From: a virus
Direction: 5' to 3' (one strand)
Length of the DNA: 58,137 bases
Virus record (IMG/VR): IMGVR_UViG_3300045988_043439
Location: 1-58,137 of that record
This document shows positions 8,097 to 17,011 of this stretch, one piece after another (position 1 is the first letter of the stretch; each line of letters starts with the position of its first letter). The notes under the pieces are model-generated. The model saw only the letters and a list, made by a program, of their open reading frames with translations. It made no database searches and was not told the origin of the DNA. The position numbers and the translations under genes were made by a program.

Positions 8097-8406
8097 GCAA
8101 GAAAATTTCGGACATCCTGCCCAAGACGGAAATCTTGGCACAGTTGGCAGAAGAAGCATCTGAGTTGGCACAGGCTGCGTTGAAGCTGCGCCGTGCGCTG
8201 GATGGCACGAACCCGACACCAAAAGATATTGAAGAATGCAGATACAATATCTTAGAAGAATGCGGATGTGCTAAATTGCATTAACGCTTATTGTTGCGAT
8301 GACGAATTTGTATTTCACAATTTCACCACGAGAGCAATAAAGATCAGGCATAAAAAGCTTGACCGTTGGCTCTCTCGCCTTGAAGAAAAGGAGAATAAAA
8401 ATGGCT
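8093..8406 (+). pseudogene. MazG-like nucleotide pyrophosphohydrolase-type gene interrupted by a +1 frame change near 8255-8265
   Basis: Frame a gives LAEEASELAQAALKLRR...ILEE then stops at 8284. Frame b continues ADVLNCINAY...KKLDRWLSRLEEKENKNG to 8406. Confidence 0.4.
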
Positions 8407-8664
8407 GAATATCATGTTGGATGTGGGCTATTCGGAACCATCTATGCTGGAACTATGATGAAGCAGCGGAAAGATGGATTGCAGTTATGGAGAAGCAAGT
8501 CTGATGTGACCGATGAAGCAGTTTCCGCTGTTCTGTCTCATTTTATTACTGAAATGGAGCATTCAGACAAAACGAAGCTCGAAAAGATGTGGGGCGTTAT
8601 TGGAAACAAGAAGCTAAAAGTCACATTCGAGCTTTCCGTCAATAAGGAGCAGTCAGATGAATAA
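8401..8664 (+). CDS. Hypothetical protein
   Basis: RBS AAAAGGAGA then ATG at 8401; 87 aa. Confidence 0.5.
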   Translation: MAEYHVGCGLFGTIYAGTMMKQRKDGLQLWRSKSDVTDEAVSAVLSHFITEMEHSDKTKLEKMWGVIGNKKLKVTFELSVNKEQSDE

Positions 8665-8980
8665 GCGCAGAAACCGCCCCTTGTCTGGCAAACAGGCGAT
8701 GTCAGCCAACCTCCGCAAAATCGCACGGCAGAACCAGTTGTACGGATTCCGCATGGCTCTGGATGGTATCGCCGCCACATGGGGCGCACTGATTCAGAAC
8801 CTTCGGTGCGATGCAGACCTGACCGATGAACAGGTTCAGAAAATCATCCGCATCGGTGACAGGTACTGGGAGATGGTCGGGCAGTTCAAGAACGAGAACA
8901 TGACACCTGACGAGTTTGCGGATTATATCACCGCAAAGTCAGAACAGGTCGAAAAAGAGTTGAGAGAAAGGTGGAGCTAA
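8657..8980 (+). CDS. Hypothetical protein
   Basis: 107-aa ORF overlapping the upstream stop. Confidence 0.5.
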   Translation: MNKRRNRPLSGKQAMSANLRKIARQNQLYGFRMALDGIAATWGALIQNLRCDADLTDEQVQKIIRIGDRYWEMVGQFKNENMTPDEFADYITAKSEQVEKELRERWS

Positions 8981-8982
8981 CA

Positions 8983-9165
8983 ATGTTTGAATTTGCAACT
9001 CGCTGGCTGGTCTGTCTAGTTCTGCTGGCGGTGGTGGTTCAGTCCGAACGGACAATCAAAGACATGGCAGACAACCTGTTTGAAGAACGTCAGGCAATGC
9101 TCGTCTGGCTGTTCGTCAACGTGTGTCTGGTCGTTTGTACGGCTGTTGTGATGGGGTGGAAATGA
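8983..9165 (+). CDS. Small membrane protein
   Basis: Two TM helices (WLVCLVLLAVVV, LVWLFVNVCLVVCTAVVMGW); RBS GGTGGAG. Confidence 0.45.
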   Translation: MFEFATRWLVCLVLLAVVVQSERTIKDMADNLFEERQAMLVWLFVNVCLVVCTAVVMGWK

Positions 9166-9353
9166 TGATTCAGGATATCAACATGATAGGGCGTGAAAGA
9201 CTGGCTTTTCTGTATGGTCTTTATAGTGGCTGTGCGAAATCCGAAACTGAGCTTAATATCAAAGGCATTTATCAGGAAATGGCTTCCGAGTTAGCTTGGT
9301 GTTTGGGATTCAACGAGAACTACAGCAAATGTTATGAGATGAACGGAGAATAA
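9162..9353 (+). CDS. Hypothetical protein
   Basis: ATGA overlap with the upstream gene; 63 aa. Confidence 0.4.
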   Translation: MMIQDINMIGRERLAFLYGLYSGCAKSETELNIKGIYQEMASELAWCLGFNENYSKCYEMNGE

Positions 9354-9356
9354 CCA

Positions 9357-9521
9357 ATGGATAACGAGCTTTACTGCCCGATGAAGATGACCAGCAATCC
9401 GCTTGGTCGGTGCGTATGCGAGAAAGAAAAGTGCGCTTGGTGGCGGCAGTTGGACAACTGCTGTTCCGTCTGGAAGATTGCATTGAAGCTGGACTACATC
9501 GAAATGAAGATGAAGAGGTGA
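9357..9521 (+). CDS. Small Cys-rich protein (54 aa, below the ORF-track cutoff)
   Basis: Hand-translated: MDNELYCPMKMTSNPLGRCVCEKEKCAWWRQLDNCCSVWKIALKLDYIEMKMKR. Confidence 0.4.
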   Translation: MDNELYCPMKMTSNPLGRCVCEKEKCAWWRQLDNCCSVWKIALKLDYIEMKMKR

Positions 9522-9527
9522 GAACTC

Positions 9528-10313
9528 TTGGCAACACCCCCGAAGCGTGGTCGTGGCAGACCGCCGCTGACCGAAGCTGAAAAGAAAAAGCGTGAGAAGC
9601 GGGCGCAAAAGGCGAAAGAAGAAGCCGCTGCAAAGCGGGAGAAAGAGCGTGAGAAGAAGAAACAACAGATGCTTAACAAGCGGAAGTCTATCCGCTCACA
9701 GGTGAGTAAAAAGGTGAAAGAACAACAGGAGTTAGCGATCACGAGGTCTAAGATGCTGAACACAGGCGATTTGCAGTCAAGAATCGGCGATGAAGAGGAC
9801 AAGAAAGTCATTGGCATGATTGCAGCCAAGTATTTTGGCGACCTTCCGAGCGTGGACATGAACAACCCGATTGAAGTACAGCAGCGTCTTGACTTCTTCT
9901 TTGACGCTTGCATCGAAGCCAGAATCTCCCCTGTGGTGGAATGGATTGCACTGGTGCTGGGCATCGAATGGGTGAGCTTGAAGCAGATTATGGCTGGCAA
10001 GCGCCGTGACGACAGCTTGCAGCAAAAATACATCCTGAAGCTGATTCTGCAAATGCAGTCCATGTGGGCGTACAACGGTATGTATGGTCAAGAGAACCCG
10101 GCAGAGTGGATTTTCCGAGCCAAGAACTACTTTGGTATGCGTGACAATGTAGAAGTCACCGTTGCGCCGCCTGAACAGCCGTTGGGTGATGCCCAGAGCG
10201 CAGAACAGTTGGCTCAGAAGTACCAGACGGCTTTGCCGAAAGGGATTGACGTGGAGTACAAAGAGGTGGCAAACGATGAAAAAGCTGTACAAGATACTTA
10301 CGTCATGGACTGA
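9528..10313 (+). CDS. terS: Terminase small-subunit-like protein (TTG start)
   Basis: Basic N-terminus. Core VQQRLDFFFDACIEARISPVVEWIALVLGIEWVSLKQ...AEWIFRAKNYFGMRDNVEV resembles Firmicutes-phage TerS. Confidence 0.55.
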   Translation: MATPPKRGRGRPPLTEAEKKKREKRAQKAKEEAAAKREKEREKKKQQMLNKRKSIRSQVSKKVKEQQELAITRSKMLNTGDLQSRIGDEEDKKVIGMIAAKYFGDLPSVDMNNPIEVQQRLDFFFDACIEARISPVVEWIALVLGIEWVSLKQIMAGKRRDDSLQQKYILKLILQMQSMWAYNGMYGQENPAEWIFRAKNYFGMRDNVEVTVAPPEQPLGDAQSAEQLAQKYQTALPKGIDVEYKEVANDEKAVQDTYVMD

Positions 10314-10560
10314 TGGGATTAAAGTGAGAGGCTTTCAAACTCCATCTCTTGTCACGTTTCGAGAACTTGTCCGCATTTATAAGGAAACAAAAGCTGGGAA
10401 TCATCCTGAATTTATTGACGGAGAAGCAAAAAGGATTCTTGAGAAATGTGGATTCCAACTTGAGCCATGCGGAATTGGCTGGATAGTAGATAATGTGAAA
10501 CAAGGTGATTTTTCTGGAGAAACTAAGCAAAGACGAATTAAGAAAACGGAGAAATGCTGA
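10276..10560 (+). CDS. Hypothetical protein
   Basis: 94-aa ORF in an AT-richer stretch. Confidence 0.4.
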   Translation: MKKLYKILTSWTDGIKVRGFQTPSLVTFRELVRIYKETKAGNHPEFIDGEAKRILEKCGFQLEPCGIGWIVDNVKQGDFSGETKQRRIKKTEKC

Positions 10561-11113
10561 GAAGCGTGAAAGGTATCATTGGTACGTTTCACATGGAATT
10601 TGCCCGTTTTGTCTTAATGATGCACAACCCGGAAGAGTTAGATGTGCTGTTTGTTTAGAAAAAAATTATGCAAGCCATCAAAAACATGATGCAAACAGAA
10701 CAGAGAAGCAAAAATCCGATTATCTGCAAAAACATAAATTGCGTCAACGCGAAAAACGTCAAAGGCTGAAAGAACAAGGGATATGCCCCGTTTGCATGAA
10801 ACGTCCTGTTTCAAAAGGATTTAAGTCCTGCATTGAATGCAGGACGAAAGAAAAGCAAAAAACGGAAAGAGAAGGGAAATCTTATAGAAAAACACTTGGC
10901 CTATGCGCCTATTGCGATGAACCGCCAATTCCCGGCAAGCGTTGCTGTCCGAAACACTATGCAAGCCGCATTGTTAGCATCACAAAATGTAGACAGTCAG
11001 AGGGCTTTCGGTTATCACAAATCGAGCAGAAAAAGCGTATAAACGTCTTTTGGAGAGAAATGGAATGGGAAAGAAATCAAAGAATGAAACAGCCCGAATG
11101 GATACGCCCGTGA
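10505..11113 (+). CDS. Multi-CxxC zinc-finger protein (start uncertain)
   Basis: Three repeats of GxCPxC...C..C (GICPFCL..RCAVCL; GICPVCM..CIEC; LCAYCD..CCPKH) with basic linkers. Confidence 0.45.
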   Translation: MIFLEKLSKDELRKRRNAEKRERYHWYVSHGICPFCLNDAQPGRVRCAVCLEKNYASHQKHDANRTEKQKSDYLQKHKLRQREKRQRLKEQGICPVCMKRPVSKGFKSCIECRTKEKQKTEREGKSYRKTLGLCAYCDEPPIPGKRCCPKHYASRIVSITKCRQSEGFRLSQIEQKKRINVFWREMEWERNQRMKQPEWIRP

Positions 11114-11883
11114 CCCCGTTGATTGACTTCTCCGACCCCTGCCTACGCACGTTCCTGCCTGTCCTCTTGCAAGACCACACGACAGGCAAAAACATCATCT
11201 GGGCGACAGACCCGCCGCCTGAACTGGGCGCGGGTTTTGCAGATGAAATCACACTGGAACAGTTGGACAAGGTTCAGCTTGTTCCTCGTGTGCAGAAACG
11301 ACTTGCAGACCAGAAGAAGCGCACCAGCAAGAAAGCAGAGGTGTTTACGCCGACTTGGGTTTGCAAGAAGATGGCAGACGTTGCAGAAAACGACCTGAAA
11401 GGTGAGGACTGGAAGGAGTACATCAACAGGACTTGCCTTGAAGCCACCTGTGGAGAGGCACCATTCTTGACAAGTCGATACGATACCACCACAGGGCAGA
11501 TGATTGCCGTGACGGACAGAATCGGTCTGCTGGACAGGAAGCTGAATGTTCTGGCAGAGCAGTCCTCTGACTACGATATGTGGATATGCTGGGCATACGC
11601 ATCGACGTACGGCTATGAGTGGCAGGGAGACAATCTCTTGCTGGCAAGGTGCAACTTGTTTCTGACGCTGGTTGAAAATTTTAGGTATCGGTTTGATGCT
11701 AAAAAGCTGGAAATCGGCAGTATGACTATGTTCCTTGACTGTATCGCAGATATCATCTCATGGAACGTCTGGCAGATGGATGGGCTGAAAAAGACCGTAC
11801 CCGGCACGGATATTCCGTGCAAAATCAAAGACTGGAAAGCTGACAAAGAAATCCTGTTCAAGGATGTTGGGAAGGATGACTAA
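11065..11883 (+). CDS. DNA methyltransferase-like protein lacking an obvious catalytic (D/N)PP(Y/F) motif
   Basis: KKAEVFTPTWVCKKM and CLEATCGEAPFL resemble the N6-MTase X/I motifs; no NPPY/DPPY seen downstream. Confidence 0.35.
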   Translation: MGKKSKNETARMDTPVTPLIDFSDPCLRTFLPVLLQDHTTGKNIIWATDPPPELGAGFADEITLEQLDKVQLVPRVQKRLADQKKRTSKKAEVFTPTWVCKKMADVAENDLKGEDWKEYINRTCLEATCGEAPFLTSRYDTTTGQMIAVTDRIGLLDRKLNVLAEQSSDYDMWICWAYASTYGYEWQGDNLLLARCNLFLTLVENFRYRFDAKKLEIGSMTMFLDCIADIISWNVWQMDGLKKTVPGTDIPCKIKDWKADKEILFKDVGKDD

Positions 11884-12086
11884 TGCAGACTGACAGAGGA
11901 ATCTACCACAAGCGAGTGTGTGACCGCTGCGGAGCGGTTCTGGGCGGCAGGATGATGAACCCTGACGAATACTTCAAGGACTGGGCGTGGCGCAGGGACA
12001 CAGGCGACCTATGCCCGGAGTGCTATGCGGAGTATAAGCGAGTGATCGGACGGTTCAACAGAGGAAAGCGCGTGAGAAAGGAATGA
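11883..12086 (+). CDS. Small zinc-ribbon protein
   Basis: CDRCG...CPEC; 67 aa. Confidence 0.45.
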   Translation: MQTDRGIYHKRVCDRCGAVLGGRMMNPDEYFKDWAWRRDTGDLCPECYAEYKRVIGRFNRGKRVRKE

Positions 12087-12090
12087 CAAA

Positions 12091-12318
12091 ATGCGGAATG
12101 TGATAGTTTGCAAATGCAAACGATGTGGGAAGCTTTTGTATTGGAATGGAAAAAAATTTTTGGATTATGCCAACCTTGATGTCGTGTTTGCGGCTTATAA
12201 AAATGGCGGAATCCGTAAAATTTTCCAAGATAACTTACAGTCGCACCCGTGTGGCGACGGGAAAACCGGAATTTGCATGGGCATTTACGAAATTGGAGAG
12301 GAAGGTAAGAAGGAATGA
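12091..12318 (+). CDS. Small zinc-ribbon protein
   Basis: CKCKRCGKLLYW...; 75 aa. Confidence 0.45.
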   Translation: MRNVIVCKCKRCGKLLYWNGKKFLDYANLDVVFAAYKNGGIRKIFQDNLQSHPCGDGKTGICMGIYEIGEEGKKE

Positions 12319-12509
12319 ACTTCTACTGCACCACCGAACATTGCTCTTGCATGGGCATCAAGCAGTTCTCTGCTGGCAAAGCTATCCGATGCACAGCAGA
12401 ATCTTGCAAGAACAAATCTGAGCCGTCCTGTGGCTCTTGCAAATGGTACGCAGAGCCAGAGGGCGTGTGTGTGAACGACCAGTCAGAACACGTTGCAGGC
12501 TTCGTGTGA
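12315..12509 (+). CDS. Small Cys-rich protein
   Basis: CSCMG...CTAESCKNKSEPSCGSCKWY...VCVN. Confidence 0.45.
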   Translation: MNFYCTTEHCSCMGIKQFSAGKAIRCTAESCKNKSEPSCGSCKWYAEPEGVCVNDQSEHVAGFV

Positions 12510-12543
12510 GACGAACGTGGATGTAAAGAATGAGAGAAGAAAG

Positions 12544-12750
12544 ATGAGCGGAAGTAATGTAATCAGGCTGGGCAATGGCATTCTACTGGACAGCAAAGGG
12601 AAACTTTTATGCCAAACTGTGGACAAGTCCTGCTCAAACTGTAAATGGCACGACAGATTCTCGTGGGTCTGTTACAACGGTCTGTCTGAGTGCCGGGCTG
12701 ATTTTACAGACCCGGACGATGTGTGCAAGGAATGGGAGATGAGAAAATGA
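12544..12750 (+). CDS. Small Cys-rich protein (shares a CxxCKW...VCxN pattern with 12315-12509)
   Basis: SCSNCKWHDRFSWVCYNGLSEC. Confidence 0.45.
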   Translation: MSGSNVIRLGNGILLDSKGKLLCQTVDKSCSNCKWHDRFSWVCYNGLSECRADFTDPDDVCKEWEMRK

Positions 12751-13112
12751 GCTACGATATTTATCTATGCGACCATGTAACGCATAAACCGCTCAAAGCG
12801 GATAGTACGCATTTTATCGCTGGTGGTATGCGCGCTATGGGCGGTACAAAAGAACTGTGGCTTAACGTCACCTATAATTACGGTCACTTCTATTATCGAC
12901 CAGAAGTGTTTGGTGAGGGCGGCATCCGCTCGATCTATGGCAAAACAGGCGCAGAGAGCATCCCGATGCTTGAAAAGGCTATTTCTGCACTAGGTGACGA
13001 TGTGGACGATAGCGACTACTGGCACGCCACAGAGGGCAACGCCAAACGTGCCCTGTACGGTCTGTTGACGTTTGCAAAGATGCGTCCTAACGGCGTATGG
13101 GACGGAGATTGA
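12747..13112 (+). CDS. Hypothetical protein
   Basis: 121-aa ORF with an ATGA overlap. Confidence 0.5.
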   Translation: MSYDIYLCDHVTHKPLKADSTHFIAGGMRAMGGTKELWLNVTYNYGHFYYRPEVFGEGGIRSIYGKTGAESIPMLEKAISALGDDVDDSDYWHATEGNAKRALYGLLTFAKMRPNGVWDGD

Positions 13113-13126
13113 AGGGAGAAAGGGTA

Positions 13127-13510
13127 ATGAAGAAAGCAATTTTATCTATGGCACTGGTGGCGTCTATTGCATTGTGCGGATGCACCGAAGCATCTCGTGT
13201 GAATCACAATATTTCACAACAGGCGAAAAATTTCAACATCACACGCCGTCTGTCCGTTGTCAACGCAAGAACAGACACGCCGATGCTTGAAATCATTGGC
13301 AACATGGACATTTCCAATAACAGCAACAATGAACTTGTGGTGACTATTGAATTGCCCGATGGCACATACAAAAAGCATTACGTCTATCTTAACGAGTACA
13401 CAATGTACATTGTGGAGGATTTGAGCGGTTCTGACGTGGACAAGTATCATTACGAAATCAACATTTTGCCGCAGCAGTTACAAAACTTCGTTCTCACCTA
13501 CAATCCGTAA
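13127..13510 (+). CDS. Lipoprotein
   Basis: MKKAILSMALVASIALCGC lipobox; RBS GAAGGGAGAAAGGG. Confidence 0.65.
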   Translation: MKKAILSMALVASIALCGCTEASRVNHNISQQAKNFNITRRLSVVNARTDTPMLEIIGNMDISNNSNNELVVTIELPDGTYKKHYVYLNEYTMYIVEDLSGSDVDKYHYEINILPQQLQNFVLTYNP

Positions 13511-13525
13511 GCGGGGTATCGGATA

Positions 13526-13765
13526 ATGGCTAACACGCTTTGGCATCCAGCAAGCGAACCGCCACGAGAGCGAACACAGCCTTTGTTGCTTGCGACTAAG
13601 ACAACGTGGCGTGACAAAAATGGAAAAATGTTGCAAGGGATCTCGCCAACAGCGTACTTTCTAGGCTGTTACGCAGACGGTCAGTTCTGGGATGAGATAG
13701 GCGAGAGACTGCCGAAAGATGTGACAGTGACGCATTGGATGTACATTTATGCGCCGGAGGAATGA
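13526..13765 (+). CDS. Hypothetical protein (DUF551-like by eye)
   Basis: WHPASEPPRE...THWMYIYAPEE pattern. Confidence 0.45.
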   Translation: MANTLWHPASEPPRERTQPLLLATKTTWRDKNGKMLQGISPTAYFLGCYADGQFWDEIGERLPKDVTVTHWMYIYAPEE

Positions 13766-13766
13766 C

Positions 13767-14000
13767 ATGAGTGACGAACTTAATGATTTTTTCAAAGCGT
13801 TTACGGAAGCAGCTGACAAGTTCTGCAATGAACTTGAAAAATTTGCAAAAGCAGTTAAGCAGTGCGAGACGCAATCAGGATGTTACAATCCGAAAGACAA
13901 AAGAAAGCCAAAGTACACACGCCCGGTCTACGGCAGAGGAGAGAAGCCTTGTGACGGGTTCAAGGCGGCTATCAGAACAAGAGAGGGATTTAAGAAATGA
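13767..14000 (+). CDS. Hypothetical protein
   Basis: RBS GGAGG; 77 aa, basic C-terminus. Confidence 0.4.
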   Translation: MSDELNDFFKAFTEAADKFCNELEKFAKAVKQCETQSGCYNPKDKRKPKYTRPVYGRGEKPCDGFKAAIRTREGFKK

Positions 14001-14218
14001 CACTTGACGAAAAAATTGTGGTGTCCGCTTATACCGGATATTTGATGTGTGACTTCAACGAAGTTCACAGGTACATTGAAAATCTGCTAGGCAGACCTGT
14101 ATTTACACATGAGCTTGCGCTCGGCATGATTCAGGATGAAATCAGGGAGAAATCCAAAGCTGATTTTCTGAAAATTTGTGCGGACAAGGAAGTCTGTCTT
14201 GGCTTGAAGAAAGGGTAA
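13997..14218 (+). CDS. Hypothetical protein
   Basis: 73 aa with an ATGA overlap. Confidence 0.45.
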   Translation: MTLDEKIVVSAYTGYLMCDFNEVHRYIENLLGRPVFTHELALGMIQDEIREKSKADFLKICADKEVCLGLKKG

Positions 14219-14221
14219 AAA

Positions 14222-14452
14222 ATGGAAGAACTCAAGAGATGCCCATTCTGCGGTGGAAAAGTTACTATTGCCGAAGCAGGAGACTATTTGACAAGCTGGA
14301 TGTCCATAACAAGAGGAAACTGCAAGGATGGATGCAAGTGCCGGGTATTCATGGAAAGCAAGCCATACAACTCTGATTATTCCGAAGCGGATAAAGAAAA
14401 GATTAAGAAAGACCTTATCGAAGCATGGAACAAACGCTACAAAGAGGACTGA
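14222..14452 (+). CDS. Lar-like (restriction-alleviation family) zinc-ribbon protein
   Basis: LKRCPFCGGKVTI...CKC...LIEAWNKR fits the Lar family pattern CPFCG...AWNxR. Confidence 0.5.
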   Translation: MEELKRCPFCGGKVTIAEAGDYLTSWMSITRGNCKDGCKCRVFMESKPYNSDYSEADKEKIKKDLIEAWNKRYKED

Positions 14453-14454
14453 GT

Positions 14455-15093
14455 ATGGACAAAAAACGGGGCAGCTTTACATTTCAGCGATACTACTTTG
14501 AAGCCATCTCCACACTGAAAAGCAAAGAAAAATTGGAGCTCTACGATGCAATCTGTGCATACGTTTTTGAAGAAAAAGACGCGACTTTGAACTCAAAAAA
14601 AGCAGAATCTTGTTTCATTTTGATTAAGCATCTGCTCGATGAAGAATTGAAAAGAAGCGATATTGCGTCAAAAGGATGGTCTACACGAAAGTCAGCTCAT
14701 CCTCATGTCATAAATGAGGTGAAGGTCAGCTCATCTATGAGTTCAAAGTCAGATGACAATGAACCCATTGTATCAGCTGAAGGTCAGATGAGCGTCAAGA
14801 CCTTGCCGGAGAGTGCTGTTAAAAAGAAACCTGACATCTTCTCCGACTTTGCTCATGGCGATAAAGCCCTATTGGAATCCCTGCGAGAGTTCGCGCAGAT
14901 GCGTACAAGAATCAAGAAGCCTATGACAGACCGGGCAAAACAGATGCTCTGCAACAAGCTGGAAAAGTTTGATCGGCATGACTGGAAAGCCATTCTCGAC
15001 CAGAGCATCTATGCTGGATGGCAGGACATTTACGCATTAAAACAGGATGACCAGTACGAGCAAAGTGCGGAGATGGAGTTTCCTAGACTATGA
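14455..15093 (+). CDS. Replication organiser / DnaD-like phage replication protein
   Basis: C-terminus LREFAQMRTRIKKPMTDRAKQMLCNKLEKF...ILDQSIYAGWQDIY is typical of Firmicutes phage replication proteins; overlaps dnaB. Confidence 0.5.
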   Translation: MDKKRGSFTFQRYYFEAISTLKSKEKLELYDAICAYVFEEKDATLNSKKAESCFILIKHLLDEELKRSDIASKGWSTRKSAHPHVINEVKVSSSMSSKSDDNEPIVSAEGQMSVKTLPESAVKKKPDIFSDFAHGDKALLESLREFAQMRTRIKKPMTDRAKQMLCNKLEKFDRHDWKAILDQSIYAGWQDIYALKQDDQYEQSAEMEFPRL

Positions 15094-16295
15094 CAATGGA
15101 CGTTCAAACGGTATTTATCGGTGCGCTGATGCTCTGCAAGCCGGGCGTTGCGGATGAAATCATACCAGACCTTGAACTTGACTTGTTCAGACCTGATCTG
15201 AGAGACGCTTTTGCGGCTGTTCAGGGCTATTGGACGGCTAGGGGTAAGATAGATATAGTCGAGATAAATACGCAGCATCCAGACGTAGCGCAGACGCTCT
15301 TGGCGTGTGTGCAAACCTGTGAATCAGAGTGTGTACGAATTGACAGGGAGCAGATGCAGCGTTGGACGCAGCTTATCAGAGAACAAGCTGCACTTACTCG
15401 TGTGCAAGGTTTGGCATTTCAGATGACCAGCGAGCTTACCGACTATTCTGATCTATCAGACATTTACCAGCAGATGGGCGAAGCAATGAGCCTGAAAGCT
15501 GAGGAAGAAGATGCGTGGACATACGAGGATGTGCTGAACGACTATGTGCTTCACATGGACGAGAAGCCTGTGTACATCAAGACAGGCCTAGAGCGTCTGG
15601 ATGAAGCACTGCACATCTCACCGGGCGATTTCATCATCATCGGCGGCAGACCGTCTGCGGGCAAGACCGCCCTGTCCTTGCAAATAGCAGCAAGCATGGC
15701 AAAGCAGGACTACACTGTGTACTATTTCAGCTTGGAAACTAGCAAACGCAAGCTGGGTGCACGTCTGATGGCTAATCAGATATACTGCCCTTTGGACACG
15801 GTGAAAAATAAGGCGGTCAGCTTGAATGAGATTGACGGGCAGGCAAAGAACATGAAGATGCCCTTATATATCCGCTCCGCTGCCGGAAAAAACGTGGCGT
15901 GGATGAAGGCTCAGGCTCTCCGTAAAAAGGCTCAGGTCATCTTCGTAGACTATCTTCAACTCATCCACGAAACAGGCGCAAAGGACAGATATGCCGCCAT
16001 TACGGCCATATCCATTGCCTTACACGAGCTGGCACAGACCACAGGCATTGTCGTGGTGGCACTTGCACAGCTTAATCGAAACCCATCCAAGCCCGGAGCA
16101 ACGCCTACTAACTCTGACTTGCGAGAGAGTGGGCAGATTGAACAGGACGCAGATGCAATCATCCTTCTGTCCGGAGATAACCCCGACAAGTACCTGTTCC
16201 GGCTAAGCAAGAACAAGGAAGGCGAGATAGGCGACCTTCCCATTACGTTTAACAAGCAGATTCAACGGTTCCAAGAGTATACTTGGATGGATTGA
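15090..16295 (+). CDS. dnaB: DnaB-family replicative helicase
   Basis: Walker A GGRPSAGKTALSLQIA, VIFVDYLQLI, LAQLNRN, DLRESGQIEQDADAIILL. Confidence 0.85.
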   Translation: MTMDVQTVFIGALMLCKPGVADEIIPDLELDLFRPDLRDAFAAVQGYWTARGKIDIVEINTQHPDVAQTLLACVQTCESECVRIDREQMQRWTQLIREQAALTRVQGLAFQMTSELTDYSDLSDIYQQMGEAMSLKAEEEDAWTYEDVLNDYVLHMDEKPVYIKTGLERLDEALHISPGDFIIIGGRPSAGKTALSLQIAASMAKQDYTVYYFSLETSKRKLGARLMANQIYCPLDTVKNKAVSLNEIDGQAKNMKMPLYIRSAAGKNVAWMKAQALRKKAQVIFVDYLQLIHETGAKDRYAAITAISIALHELAQTTGIVVVALAQLNRNPSKPGATPTNSDLRESGQIEQDADAIILLSGDNPDKYLFRLSKNKEGEIGDLPITFNKQIQRFQEYTWMD

Positions 16296-16302
16296 GCACA
16301 TG

Positions 16303-16332
16303 GGCTGTCAGCAATGGCAGTCTTTTGTTTTT
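16303..16332 (+). terminator. Rho-independent terminator after dnaB
   Basis: ggctgtc-agcaat-ggcagtc hairpin followed by ttttgtttttt. Confidence 0.5.
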
Positions 16333-16386
16333 TCAAACTCCACGAGAAAGCCTGTTTTAAGGCGTTTTGGATGCTAGGCGATAACT

Positions 16387-16590
16387 TTATCGACTTAATT
16401 GCAAAAACGCGCCACAGACGCTCGTAGACGGCTCTCCGTTGATGCTGACGATATATCTCAAACCAGACCAAGAAATCAAACCGATGCAAAAGCGGGGAGA
16501 ACGGCTTTTCAGGGTCAGACGTGAAAGTTATCGGGTCAATCGGAAAAACGCGGCAGACAGGCTCTTGTATGCCTTTCCAGCGATGATAGC
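16387..16590. repeat. Two imperfect ~65-nt direct repeats (16387-16453 and 16528-16590)
   Basis: TTATCG-N-AAT(T/C)G(C/G)AAAAACGCG(C/G)CACAGAC... read by eye, about two-thirds identical. Confidence 0.4.
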
Positions 16591-16687
16591 AGCCAGATGA
16601 ACGGATGCCAACGGCTATTCGCCCAATCGCAGGGCTGATTGAAACGAAAAAACGTTTCGACTATCACTTTCGGAAATGGCTTTCAAA

Positions 16688-16808
16688 TTTTTGTCCCCTT
16701 TCCCCCTTGTTTCCTCTTTCCCCCTTTTGTCCCCCTCTTTCCCCTACAACCCCTATTACCCCCTATAATCCCCCTAATATCTTCCGTGCTCCCCCTTTCC
16801 CTCCCTGT
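16688..16808 (+). repeat. About 120-nt polypyrimidine (C/T) tract with reiterated CCCCC(T) units
   Basis: ttgtcccctttcccccttgtttcctctttcccccttttgtccccctctttcccctacaacccctattaccccc... Confidence 0.85.
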
Positions 16809-17011
16809 GTGTTTAGCGCGTCCGCGGGCGTTATATGCGCGAGCACGCGCGTTGACGGAGCCGGGTGTGCCATGATAGTTCAAAAGTGAATAAATAACAG
16901 TTATGCGAAATTGTAAACTGGTTCTTTCCCTATCTCCAAAGTTACACCGTTAGCCAGCAAAGCAGACCGTAGGCGAGAACTGGTGTGAGGCTCGGACTGG
17001 TGGATGGTATG

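Noticed and set aside
16605-16889. Overlapping ORFs encoding P/L/F-rich peptides
   Set aside because: They are translations of the polypyrimidine tract, with no start context and no protein-like composition.
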